Position numbers and translations under genes: made by a program. Below are positions 28,306-41,731 of a DNA stretch of 64,000 nt, piece after piece (the stretch's first letter is position 1; each line of letters starts with the position of its first letter). The notes under the pieces were generated by a model. That model saw only the letters and a list, made by a program, of their open reading frames with translations. It was not told the DNA's origin and ran no database searches. Where the stretch lies: NCBI GenBank assembly GCA_000320545.1, contig ADNK01000171.1, positions 6,446 to 70,445 of the forward strand. The letters are read 5' to 3'. The DNA comes from Bigelowiella natans CCMP2755. Its lineage: Eukaryota; Protista; Cercozoa.

Positions 28306-29643
28306 TTGCCAGATCCGAACCTGAAAGATCAGCAGATTGTGGCGAAGCGTGCCTACAATGATAGAGTCCGGAGAGAAACGCCAGGAAGCAAGATCTCTGG
28401 AGGTCGATGGTATGAGCTGCAAGCTTTCCGTGCCGTTAACCAGGCAATTGGGAGATGCATCCGTCACAAGTAAATAGCCACCACCAACGACTTCATGGTC
28501 TTGCAGAGAAGACAAATATCCCAATGCACAATTATGTGCGCGCGCACGTGTGCGTATATGTGTGTGTATGCGTGTGAAAATGATTTTCACAGGAGAGGGA
28601 AAATCAGAGTGTTTACATTGTATATTTTGGATTTATACTCAAATCTCTACTCTGCTGACAGAAGTGACTACGGCGCAATATTCCTCATCGACAAGCGTTT
28701 CGAGCAAAACAATGTGCTAGCGTCGCTCTCACGATGGTTCAGGACGTATCTGCGTTCTGGGACGTCACTCAAAACGAGCAGCGGAGAGCGCGGCACCGTT
28801 GTGGCGGGGGAGATCCGAAGATTTTTCGAGACCAAAACAACCGCTCCCCGGCGAGCCGGGAAAAAGACGAACTTGTCGTGCAGCAGCAGGAAAGGCGATT
28901 GCGGCCGCGGTCACAAGAAGTGTCTCCTTCCAGGAACTAAGAGGAAGACGACGACGACAGGGAAGGTGTCCTGTCGAGCGTTGGACATGCTGGTTCAAAA
29001 CGCTGTAAGCGTTGCTACCAAGAAAAGGGCAAAGAAGAAAATGATGCCACCTGCGGCGAAAGAAGAACCAATGAACTTCTCGCCACTAGTAAATGACCGG
29101 AGAAGAATAGGTGAGATAGCAAGAACCGAGACGACGCATGATGCACAGGATCTTCTCAGGGAACCAGCAGAAACGAATGTGGGAAAAGAAAACATGGCAG
29201 ATTCTTTCGAAGCTCGCCTTGTTGTCAACTCAAAGATCCCAGAAAAATCAGAAAATTTGATGACACCTAAGTTGGAAGAAAACACAAACACATGTGGTAG
29301 CGATGATGGTTGTGTCCACATCGAGACGATGCCGTCGAAGCCACTGCCTGCTGAATTTGCCAACGTGAAGCAGGCCTCCAAAGCTTGCTCGATCAAGTCA
29401 GAGATCCCAAAAAAGACAGAAAGTTTGATGAAGCCCAAATTCGAAGACACCACAAGAACATGGGACAGCGATGGCTGCATCGATGTCGACATGAAGCCAT
29501 CAAAACCAAGGCTTACTAACTTTGTGAAAAAGAAGCAGCAACGCAAAATACGCCCGAAAGCAGTCACCGAACGGAGCGATAGCGAGGACGAGTTCGACAT
29601 GAACTCCAGTTTTTCCGTTCCTAGGTTCGCCCATCCTAGATGA
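23371..29643 (+). CDS. BRIP1: Fe-S cluster DEAH helicase FANCJ/BRIP1 (XPD/RAD3 family)
   Basis: Motifs: [77 protein letters not shown] and [16 protein letters not shown]. These fit FANCJ better than RTEL1 or XPD. Confidence 0.9.
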
Positions 29644-30384
29644 CAACTGCCTGGCGCACACAACTTGGTTGTCATCGAGTCTCTTTGGTTTCTAAAGCGC
29701 AGCTGATGGGTTTGCAAGAAGACTCTCCGCCCTGCACAGACATTGATGATCATATTCACTGGTGGCACGAGCACATTGTAATAAGTCATGAACGGTCCAT
29801 CCCTGAATTTGCATGGTGAGCCAGCTAGCCAGAGCGATGTGCAGTGAAAGAAGCTTAGCTTGTTTTTCATGCAAGGTTTGAGGGCCTAGCTAGCTAGGCT
29901 ATGGTTCTGCATGCCACACACCTTTCGGTGGTGGCCCTCGATCGCCCACAGCACATCGCATGCATCTCATCACGCTTGCGCACCACCCACCACCCACTGC
30001 GTCCACATATTCGATCAATCATCACATTGGTAATGTGCAGCAGGGCCTGATAACCTAGTGACAGGAAAATTTTCGATTCTGTCTCTGACAACCTGCGTGT
30101 AATGGTCGTGCAATAATCCGTGCACCATTGACGATCTGTACATATACAAACTCGATCATGTCGATCGGTATAGAAACATTCCCATGTGATCTTTGCACGC
30201 ACTGCATGCAATGCATTGTGCTTACTGGGCCTGCATGCATTTACGGGGGGGTTCGCGTGTCATTAGCCTCTTCATGGCATCGCATGCGCAATTATGCTGG
30301 CATGAAATCTATGCCGCTTGTACGCTACGCGCTCCAATGCACCGCCAGCTTGGTGCTGGGTGCTGGGTGCATGCACATGATTAG

Positions 30385-30421
<37 letters not shown>

Positions 30422-30540
30422 TGTGCGCGCGCGCACTCGTGTACGTGGGCCGTGACGTCGCACAGCTTCGCATGCCCAATTATATGCATACGAAATACAA
30501 GAAAATTGATGTCACGAACGCACTGTCGTTGAATATTAAA

Positions 30541-31048
30541 TCAATTCATGTCAGGGCTTACCGACGAGTCACCACTGCAGCAGCAATAATGCATCAATTC
30601 TTCGCAGCAACTATCACAGCAAGTGTCAGGACATTCATTGCAAATTTCATTACAACAAGTTTCTTTTTCGTTGTCACTGGAAGCTAAGCACCAGAGGCAG
30701 CAAAAACAAGCACAAAGTCCTGCTTCTGCTTCTTCTTCAGTAATTGCGCCTTCGTCGGATCCACCCTCCAACCTAGATAAGTGATTCTTTTAAATTTCTT
30801 TATGTCTTTGTTTCAATCTCTGTTGTTCTAAACTCTCCCAGTATGTATCCTATCAATACCCCAGCGATAACTAATGAGGCTAGGGCGAGAGAAAAGAGAG
30901 AAATTCGCTTCCAGAAATTGAAATGAAGTAACAAAAGTGATATTCATTACCTCCCGATAATCGAAGGATTCTCGCTCACTGAAACAGCTGCTATGCTTGC
31001 AATCACAACTTTCTTTTCAACATCTCTTGCATCCAGACCAACTTCCAT
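30541..31048 (-). CDS. Small cysteine-rich protein (~109 aa; CYSTM-like segment plus CC clusters)
   Basis: Exon 1 (MEVGLDARDVEKKVVIASIAAVSVSENPSIIGR) splices in frame through a GT-AG intron to LEGGSDEG..GLCACFCCLWCL..CCNEICNECPDTCCDSCCEELMHYCCC..*. Confidence 0.6.
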
Positions 31049-31473
31049 CTCCTGACCGTTTTGTGGACGCGATGTTTATCCAAGGAAATACTTTCTAGAC
31101 ACCATCGACCACAATCCCATCATCATCCCCATCACCAACAGCAACAACAACATCATTATCATCGTCACCGCCACCGTCATTATGCTTTCGTCCTCCCCCC
31201 CCCCCCCATCCTGTTTCTCGCAGCCCCGGCAAGCACCCTGGTATACGGCCGTTTCGGAATGTGAGAAAAACGAGGAGAAACGGTATGGATTTATAGCGTG
31301 CGACTGCCTTACAACCGACCCGCACATACTTCGTTTGTACTCGTATGGGCTTTTAGTCGTACACTCGCCGAATGCGTATGTCGCAGGACAAAAATCGTCT
31401 GTGTTTCCTCTTGAATTTCTTCCTCAGGATTGATTCGGACATCAAGAGCACCCGGCGGGCGACGACGAGGGCC

Positions 31474-33119
31474 ATGCGCCGTGCCGCCCCCGTGCTGCTC
31501 CTTCTGGCCTCCCTCGCCCAACCCCTCCCTTCAAAGCCCTTCGTACCACCACGCCAAAAGTCCCCCGCACCCCATCTGCGGGCTAGAAGATCGCGGTGGA
31601 TACGCCGTGCTGAATCTCCCGGTGGGGTACCCCCCGCTTCAGGCAAGCCGCTGCCAACACCTCCTCTTTGGGATGTGGTTCTGGCCTTCGCCGGTGGAAC
31701 TCCCTGGGATGCAATGCTTGGCCTTGCTTATAAGGGCTACGTTGGTCCTACGCAGGTGTCGTTGCCCGTCTTAGGCGATTACATATTCCTCAACTCTCCA
31801 GAATCGGTACGGGAGGTCACGGTCACGCAAGCGCGATCGTTTCCCCGGAGATTCTCGGTGCCCCTATTCTCCCAACTGGGATTGGATAAGGGGATCGTTT
31901 ACGAACAGGGAAAGAGGCACCAGGAGCACAAGGTGTGGTTAACGTGCACGCACGCAACGCATGTCCCCCCCCACACACAGACAAAATTTCCATAGAAACT
32001 TGACGGTCTCTCTCGTTTCCGCTGTTCTGCACACGCATGACACACATGTGACGCAAATACTCACTCGTTGAAGGACTTTAGGTCGTATGTACTCCTGCGT
32101 TTGAAAATCGGGCGTCCATCGAGTACTTCCTGAAAGCCATCCAAAACGAAACAAATTCCCTGGTCGACACGTGGCGGGCGCGGGCTCGATCTTCGGGGCA
32201 GAGCAACAGCTTTCGGCTTGACCTGTACAACGAGGCGCGCTCGTTAACCCTTGAAGTCATTCTAAAGGTGGTCCGTGAGAATGATGGTTCGATCGATGTT
32301 TGTATTGGCGCGTAGCCACTCTAATCAATCGAGAAGCTGCGCCTCTGTCCGGCTCTGAGTGATACCTTGCACAAAAACATCCAGGTGACCTTCGGAACCC
32401 AGAACTTTGCCAAGGCTGAGGAGCTCTCGTCCATCATCGGCGAATATCTCGAGAAAATCGTTGCCGTCGCTAACGAGGTGCTGGATTAATAGTGTTAGCG
32501 GCACGTAAGTGGTCTCGGTTGTTATCGGCATTACCTCCCGTCCTTTCCACCGTCATTATCTTGAACTACCACTTATCTTTCACCTAGGTGCCTCCCTGGT
32601 GGCAGATCGGTCTCAGCGCAAATTACCGGAGAGTCACGGAAACCCTCTTGCCAGGGCTTCGGGCACTCGTACTCGAGCTCATTGCGAAGCGTCGTGAAGA
32701 GGTATTATTATGCAGTCTCCACTAGCCATTGACCCCATCATCGAACGGGCCGTGATGTTTCTGTGCGCGATTAGCTGAGCGAGGAGGAGGACAACATGGT
32801 AGCGGCAGACCTGCTGGGGGTTCTCCTGTCTTCAAAGGTGCTCTCCGACGAGGACATTCTTGCAGTCTTATTCGATGGTAAGGACAAGATATATATTATA
32901 TATTTGTAAATTGATAATACATGCACATATTTACCACCTGTCATTTCCTACCTGATGTCTTAGTTGTGATCGCGGGAAGTGACACTACTGCATCGACCAT
33001 CACCGCCGCCTTGTTCCTCCTCTACCAACCGCAACAGAAACAGGTTGTTCCCGCCAAAAGACTGTCACCCACCCTCCACGCATATCCTACAATCCGTAAG
33101 GAAAACAAAGGAGATTCAA

Positions 33120-33166
<47 letters not shown>

Positions 33167-33805
33167 CACACATCGTAGTAATCCCCACCACCTTTCTAAT
33201 GATACCCATATCGGTCTGATGCCCCCCACCCCCCCCCTGACATCCAGCTCCTGGAGTCCATACTCGACGAGGTGCACGGGGCAGACCTGACAACAATCGA
33301 GTCCATCAACGACGTACGCGCCAGCCTGCCGGTCCTCTCCGGGTGCATCCGCGAGACCCTCCGCCTCTACCCCCCCGTGCCGTTCATTGGACGCACATCG
33401 ATCGAGCCCGCTCTGGTGGACGGCTGCGAGATTCCGGAGGGCTCTGTCATGTGCTGGTCGCCATGGTTTCTCGGGCGCAACCCGCAGCAGTGGCGGGAGC
33501 CAGTAGAAGAGGTGCGTCCACAGCGCTGGGACGAGTCTGACGCGCATTGGAATCCAGCCCCATCCACAGGCGCGGCGCGCGACAGTTTTTCCTTCCTTCC
33601 GTTCGGGGCGGGGCCGCGGGGCTGCCTGGGCTCCCGACTCGGCATCATGGAGGCCACGCTTGCCGTCGCAGGTCTGCTCAAGGAATTTTCGTTCCAGTTC
33701 GATCGCGATGAGCTGGACGTGCGCTACGACCTCACCCTCAACTTGGAAGGGGCGTGTGTCGGAGTCATCACGCCGTTGTCAGGAAGGCGGGAAGCAGGGG
33801 GCTAG
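31474..33805 (+). CDS. Cytochrome P450 with signal + transit-peptide-like leader
   Basis: I-helix AGSDTT, EXXR (ETLR), PQRW and heme motif FGAGPRGCLG are present. The N-terminus MRRAAPVLLLLASLA is followed by an R/S/P-rich stretch. Confidence 0.93.
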
Positions 33806-34790
33806 CACTGGGCGCGCAATGGGCTCCATGCTCTTGAAAATGTGCGGACTCGATCATTTTTTTTTAAGTCTCTGCTTTTTCCGTGCTTGTCAGACGCTAC
33901 AGTAGTATGGCGGGCGCTGGTGCATGCACATATGTAACGAGTAGGTAGTAAAGGGCCTTATTATAGTGTCTTCTGTGTGCGCATGTGCTTATCGCAGTAT
34001 GTGACTCTATTCAACCAATGATAATATAATCGGCATGCGGTCAATGATGTCATATAGCTGACAGCACATAAGTAACTAATCTTTCTCCCCTGCCATATCT
34101 AGATATATACACGTGAGACGGATGTAATGAAGTGACAGCAATTTTCCAATTGTCATCCAGTGCAATAATGCGGCGGCTACAGCGTTAAGATTGTGTTGTT
34201 GGTTTCAGCAATTATGTGCTTCATGTTTGCAATTTTGGTGGTTACATGTACGCACATACATATGCACACAGAAGCGCTGTAGCTGCAGCTTTGCACAGAC
34301 ACATATTAGGATTTCAATTGAATGAATTGAATTATATTTAATTACATCCGTCTCACATGGACATAGTAAATAGGAAAAAACATGTAGCAAGCATGTGTAA
34401 GTAGGTACATGTGCACGACGCGCATAGCGCACAATCATGGCTTACATGTTGTTGCATTCACGCTTATATTCCCATCGTGACGCAATGTCCGAGCGAATTC
34501 GCAGACTGATGCCGGAATCAATAGCATAACCGGCTCAAGCCAAGAAAATTTCAACGATACGAGTACTCATGATAGCTACGGCTGGAAACTGTTTTTACGT
34601 GCCGGCGCGCCTATATTCCACGCGGTATCGAAAAAATCCTGAAGAAAGTAGAGAAAATTTTAATAAGAAGCTAGCTAGCTAGAGGAAAGTGGCTGCTGTA
34701 AGACACGATTGAGTTACTTGGACGCCATACATGCCAAATTGAGATTGACCTGGGGATTTTTCCTTCGTCACCGCGTCGTCATCCAGTCGT

Positions 34791-35101
34791 ATGTCGCTCA
34801 CAACCTCCAGGATCTGCCCAAAACACGTGAAATTAATTGAAATTGCAGGGTGCTGCAGCACACACGCGAGGACGGACGAAGAACACGGACGCACTGTAAG
34901 TGCACACGGTAGATAGCAATATGGCAAAATGTATGTGCGGTCATATATTACATTGGGATCTGAGGGCTTTAGTCTGAACGTCTCCAGCAGATACCTGATA
35001 TTATTATCGTCGTCGATGATGATGATGATGAGTATAATGATGACGATGATGATGGTGCAAGATCTCTTACATAGTACTGCAATATACCACGTATGTACTG
35101 C

Positions 35102-35137
<36 letters not shown>

Positions 35138-36560
35138 TATATATGTAAATTATCATACAGATATATCATGCACATGCTAAAGTACGCGTGGACTGACCCT
35201 CCATGTGGCTCTCCCCAGGACACTTCGATGGCGGCTGAGTCTACATAAATATATACCCATATATATATATATATATATATATTTCTTTACTATATTTAAT
35301 GTGTTCATCATCGAATCATTATGCGTGTTCGTGCTTCGTTCTGCACTATCCGAGGAACTACCCGTTTTGACCGTCTTCAAGCGACCGCGATGCGGGCCTT
35401 CACCACCAGTCAGATGCACACGCAAAACCACAAACACACATACACACACACACACACACACATACACACATACGCACTCAGACGCCTCCTCCTAATTGTA
35501 ATGACGAAGCAATCATAAAGGATCCAAAATGACAATGATGGGGAAGGGGGCCATCCAGCTAGCGACCACATAGTCCTAGCCGTAAAAGGTGGCAATTGCG
35601 TTGTAATCACTTCGGTGCGTTGCGCAAATCACCACCAATACGCTAGCAAACTTCCGTTTGGCTGTGGAGCGCTGTATGTATGCTGGATATTCGGCAGGTT
35701 GCTAATTTCTCGACGTTTCTCATTCAAAATCGTCGTCGCTACCCGGCCTGCGGTCGCGGCGGTTATGCTCCACAACTGGCAAACAACAACGCATAATTCG
35801 TGGCGTGCTCAGACGGATATCGACTACAATGCTGATGACGGTAGTGACGATGGTGATGACGGAGAGGAGGCTAGTTTGGTATATGAAGGGAACAGGTTGT
35901 GAGCAGCAAGGAGTATGCGAAGGGGAGGGGGGGGGCTGCTTTGCTGTCGCGTACCTCTGCCGTCGAGGGGGTAGGTCTCCTTAATCGAAACCAAAGGGGG
36001 GCCTTCATAAAGCAGTAGTCACAGGAAGGACGGACTCGAGTCAAATGTACTCTATACACACTTCTCTAAGTAGCAGTACAGCTAACCACCCCTTCGCTCT
36101 GATTAACACCGATGCGCTAAATCTCTCCACCTTTGGTGATGACTTGGAAGCCTGCTGAAGGATCAAGCTGGAGGCATGGAAAATATCAACACAGAAAGCA
36201 GCAGCAGCAACCCGTTTGTCAGTTAAGATGGTGCTCAGCCGGGGAATGAGTAGTAGTTGTAGTTGTAGTAGTAGCAGTAGTAGTAGTTGTAGTAGTAGTA
36301 GCCGCATCAACGAAGGTGAGAACCACCACCAATCCACAGCTTTTCATCACAATAATGACTGTATATGTCTATCATATTTTCTGTGGGAAAGCAGGGGAGT
36401 ATTAGTGTGTTTTGCGTCGACGACTCTCTTAGTTTTTTTTCCCCCCCCCCCCCCCCCCCCCCTCCCTTCTTTTCGGTGTATGTGTGCAGATATGCTCGGG
36501 TTCTGACGTTTATCACGATATTGGAGAGGAGGTTGGCGCCCTGTGTGCAAGTTAGGTTGT

Positions 36561-36603
<43 letters not shown>

Positions 36604-37187
36604 ACACCAACCACACAGGAACGATAGCACTTGAGAAAGGAGATAAAAAGAGGAAGAAGAAGCCCCCAAAAAAAAAAAAACCCAGCTTTCTCAACTTCGA
36701 CTTACGCAGCTCCCAACGCTATATACAAATGGTGGTATGGCACGGCATCACCGCAACAAATCTCACATAACCTTCTCTTACCATACTATACTACGACACA
36801 CTACGACATATAACACGCTAGCGCAGAAGACACGCTGCACTGACTTGTCGGAACACCGCACTGAGACCAAGCTTCCTCATTGCCTCATCCTGATATGATC
36901 ACACAGTATTGCCATAAATAACGTTCCGACCATGTCCTGCGTCTCGCAATATCGAGAAATAGTTCGGGTCCTTTCTTAGCTGATAATGCATGCAGCTGCT
37001 ACCTGGTCGTAGGCCTCAATCTTGCTCCATTTGCCCTGGCGTGGAAAGTCTCAGACACGATGATATAGGGGTTTTATCGGTGATGAAAGAAATTCATAGC
37101 AGGAGACTATTACTCAGTGCGAGAGGCGTGCGATTCGGTACCACGCGATTTAAGCGGTTATATGCGTACAAACCGCAATATTTTCTC

Positions 37188-37259
<72 letters not shown>

Positions 37260-38382
37260 ATTTTACACACTCTGGCATACATGCGTCCATGAATCATTCG
37301 CAGAGGCATGCAATTATGTACAGAAAGGCTCATCGTAGAGTTCGTGATGTTCCTCGCCGGTACTCCTACGCACAGCAGCAGCAGCAGCAGACTAATTACG
37401 ACGAGACGCTAGAAGAAGCGCAAGGTGGGGGCGATTTGAAAGCCATGCCCAGTATTATCAGGCAAACATTGTGTCTCTCTTCATGGTGTTCCGGGTGTTT
37501 GCAACGTCCAAAGTAGCAGCAGCCCCGTGTTGAAGCACTCACCCAATAATCCGAAATCGGGCTTCATTGCAGCTGCTCCCATAGAGCTGGTTTTGGGTCC
37601 TCCCCCCCCCCCCCCAACGGCGACCAAGCCAAATGCTTCGAGAAGCTTCAACGCCAGGAACACTGACAACACCACAAACGTAAGGAGGGCGGGAAGGAAG
37701 CGGAAACATAGCGGCAGAGCTTGTGAAAAATAGTAGTAGTCTTACGAAGAGGAGAAGTATTGAGTAGCAACGGTGAAGGGCTTTACATGAGCTGCATGTT
37801 TACGGCATCAGTGCACTACTAGAATTGACGCACAGTAGATGATTCCTGGCGGCGATTTGCGTATCAAATTCACGGCGATAGCGGTGCAGTGCTGTCAATA
37901 AATTCATCGTGATTCTTGAAGAACAACGTCACGCTGGTAAGTCATAACAGTGTGTTGTCGGGGGGAAAGGGGTGAGAAATATGGGCATTTTGCAGAGGCA
38001 TGTTTACTAATTCATTTTCACGGCTGTCGTACAGTCAAATCGAATCAAAGCAAAATATACATATTATTGTAGGATCAGCTGAAGACTAGGAAGGCTGTAG
38101 GTTGATACGCTGTACTACCTGACGACTCAGCAGATCTACTTGTATCATCCTCTCCGCCGAGCCTACATGATGTGCACTTGTTTCAACAACTTTGGATAAG
38201 GATTGAGGTTAAAAAAAAAAGGGACGAAAACCGTTTGAAAGAGTCAAGAACGACAGGAATCAGCAATAGGAAACAATGCATAGGATCATACATATCACCA
38301 AAAATCTTTCCAGCTGCGTAGTCAGCCTCCACCCAAACCTTAGAATGGCATTTTGACACATACTCTCTTACACAATGAATTT

Positions 38383-38447
<65 letters not shown>

Positions 38448-38632
38448 ATTTATGTGATATGAGGTGTGGAGATTCATCGCTCGAAGCCACCACCTTGCCT
38501 TCATCTTGAGACAAGTTGTCGTCTTTATTCCCTCCAATGAACACTTCGCGTACTCCCTTCGAATTTTCTACGATGGAGCACGTGCATGTGCGTACATAGA
38601 ATAAACATGTTGATACGTTAATAAACACACAA

Positions 38633-38681
<49 letters not shown>

Positions 38682-40226
38682 ATGAGCTAGGTGTATTTGT
38701 TATCATGTTTATATGTCTTCCAAAGTGCAGGCGAGGAGGATATATCATCCAACTATCCGACCGGGCAAGGGTATTCCGTCTGCTCCGGCTCTTCCCTCCA
38801 AAAGCTTCCCTCTTCGTCGCGCCAGCTGCCGTGCGATGAGAGGCTGCAGGGCGGGGAGAGACGCGGGTCGACGGGTCGCTTGAACGGTGGTCGTGCAGGG
38901 AACGGGGGGGGCGGCCAGCGCTGGTAGCAGTAGGAGCGGCATGGAGCTGACTATCACCATGTTGGCTTTCTCCTCTGCATGAAATGTGAATGTCTTGAAG
39001 GGCTCAGGTAGATGTTGTTAGTACCCTACCCGTCGGCCGGTCGGTCGGTCGGAAGAAGCCTTCTCAAGCCGCCGTTACCGGCAGCTGGAATTGTTGTTGT
39101 GGATTGTTGCCGGATCGTGACCTTCGCGTGCTCGGTTGTTTCATGGGCAATTATATTATCCGCCTGTTTTGCTGGTTTGGGATATTTTTGTTCCCGCCAC
39201 CCGTTACCTGCCGTCGTTACCACCATCCGCGCGAGCGCGAACACGGTCGTGCGACATGAATTTAGGAAATTTTCTAAGCGTAAACGAAGGCGCTCCTGAG
39301 AGAAAATTCGGTGAGCGGACAACACCCGATATCTGGAACATCCCCCCAGCTGGAAAGAAAGCTCGTTGTCACTGCCCAGCATGGTAACCACTCCTTACAC
39401 GAATCGTGCCTCACATGAACCTGAGTGTGATCGTTGTTTCTATATGGGTGTTCGTGGCAGCTTGGAAGTCTACAGAATATGCTGAACAAGGCCAAGGGCG
39501 AGTCAGCTCAACTCAATAGAGATAAGAATAAGGTCCGGTCATGTGGGTCGGATAACAAAAAAAAAACGTCTCCGAGCTTTCTTCCCGTAGGTGTATTGGG
39601 CTCAAAGATACAAGCGTTATTCGGAACACTACAAAGAACGAGCTGCAGTCCTAGCAAAGGAGGGTGATACGCGCGCACCAACATACCTGGATTGGGTAAG
39701 CGACATTAATACCCAGCACTCTCAATATAAGAATGACTCATGCTTGAACCTTATTCAGTCCAAGTATTACATGGAGCGAAGCGTTGACCAAGTTCGGGAT
39801 ATTGAGGCAAAATGTAATTAGCTGCTTCAAATTGTGATATTGTGGAAATGTTTTTACATTGCTCGTACAGCACTCGCTATCCTGGTGCCACAGGCAGTGG
39901 CAGATTACAAAAAGAACAAGGTTGGTGTACCTAAATGTGCACGCCCCCTTGTTGCTTCCTTAAAAATGCGAATTTTTACCCAATTTATTAAAGGATAAGG
40001 AAGATGCGCAGATGAAGAAGGAAATGGAGAAGAATGAGTCGAAAAAGTACATGCTTGAATCTACTCAATGAAAAAAAAATACGTAACTTTTTGGGTTATA
40101 TCTGCAATACAGACCGGATAAAGTGGAGGGCAAGTCTGAGGGCTCCTCTGATAAATTTGTCACTGCTTTGAAGGTCAAAGTCCCGAAGGTGATTGACGAA
40201 AATTTTGTATTGAGATCGCATCATGT

Positions 40227-40267
<41 letters not shown>

Positions 40268-40459
40268 TTCTATCTTGGATGGAGTCATCATCTGTGCGAT
40301 GAAATTTGCAATGAGAATGATATTCGGACATTATTACACCAACAATTTAGGGTTTGGGGAGCGGAGGATGTTTTGCAGCAAAATATGATCAAAAAGATGT
40401 ATTTATCGTAGTGCAACCAGGTCACTTTTCTCATCCTTCCCACCCTCCCCTAACACATA

Positions 40460-40519
<60 letters not shown>

Positions 40520-40762
40520 CATATATATAAATATATATAAATATATATATATATATATTTATTTATATGTGCATAATATTTATATATATTTGATACACGC
40601 ATGTATGTACCATTTGAAACATTTTGCAAGCACTATATTTGCCAAAGTAACTGAATGATCACTACGTTCATGATTATCATTTTAATTGTTGGTCAGGCAC
40701 GAAGCCAGGAACAGAGATCCTTTTCGCTCTTCCAACTGGGGTTGGTGGACTCGTGTGTCAAA

Positions 40763-40796
<34 letters not shown>

Positions 40797-41731
40797 TGTA
40801 TGTGTGTGTGTGTGTGTATGTGTGTGTGTGTACTTGTGATGAATGCAGACAAGGGAGAAATAAATGAGAATAATGCAAATGAATGGCCTTATAGCTTGTG
40901 TGGCATGTATTTGTATTTTAATACAGATCGAACCCGTGGCTGTTGAAACTACCGAAGTCAAGGAGAGCGAATTGGTTGCAAATACACTTTTTGTATCTTT
41001 TGCTTTAGATGACACTCACAATGCGTTCAGATGGGACCACAGGAGAAAGAAGGATGGCTAGAGAAAACCGGTTACGTGAATACGTCATATCAAAAGCGAT
41101 ATTTCAAGCTGATGAAGAATGCGGTATAATCGTAATATTTTTACACATGATGTTGCCAATTCTTCGAATTTTCGGGGTGTACTTATACTGTATACATTTT
41201 CAGAGCCTGGTCTATTACTCTGAGGCTCACTCCACCAAAGAACAGGGATCAATGTACCACTGAACATATTATTATTAATTCCCGGAAGATTATATGTGGC
41301 AGTGAGGGGTGTTGTGCCTTGTCAATATAAACTATGTGTCTTGATTCTGTTACTTTGGACACCGTCTATCCAGCAACTTGAACGAAGTCACACTGAAAGC
41401 AAAGCCCCCAAAAGATGATGGCGCCCCCTTCTACTTCATAATCGTAATGTGTTTTTTGCTGTTACAAGCTATTTCTGAAACTGCATTTTCGGTATGATCA
41501 GGGCACCAAAGCAGTTGGTGGAATGGCAAGCCGGAATATGAAGATCAAAGCAACATCCCAACAAGAACTCGATAGCTGGATCACCGCTCTTAAGTCGCAC
41601 AAGGTAAGTTCAGTAGTATCAGGAAGATGTGGCTTTCATTCATTAACATATGTTCATTCTGTGAATGTTCCAATGCCATATTTCTGTGTTTTCTGTGCAT
41701 CGATTCTTAGGGTCTGAAATTGGTCGAGTAG
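34791..41731 (+). CDS. Large many-small-exon gene with a C-terminal PH domain (start and N-terminal structure uncertain)
   Basis: Final exons give KEGWLEKTG..RYFKL..LVYY..QGSINLNEV..FYFII..MKIKATSQQELDSWITALK..GLKLVE*. Upstream are many short exon-like segments that I could not phase reliably. Confidence 0.6.

Noticed and set aside
28995-29870. 291-aa antisense ORF
   Set aside because: It is the shadow of the FANCJ terminal exon, with no independent signal.
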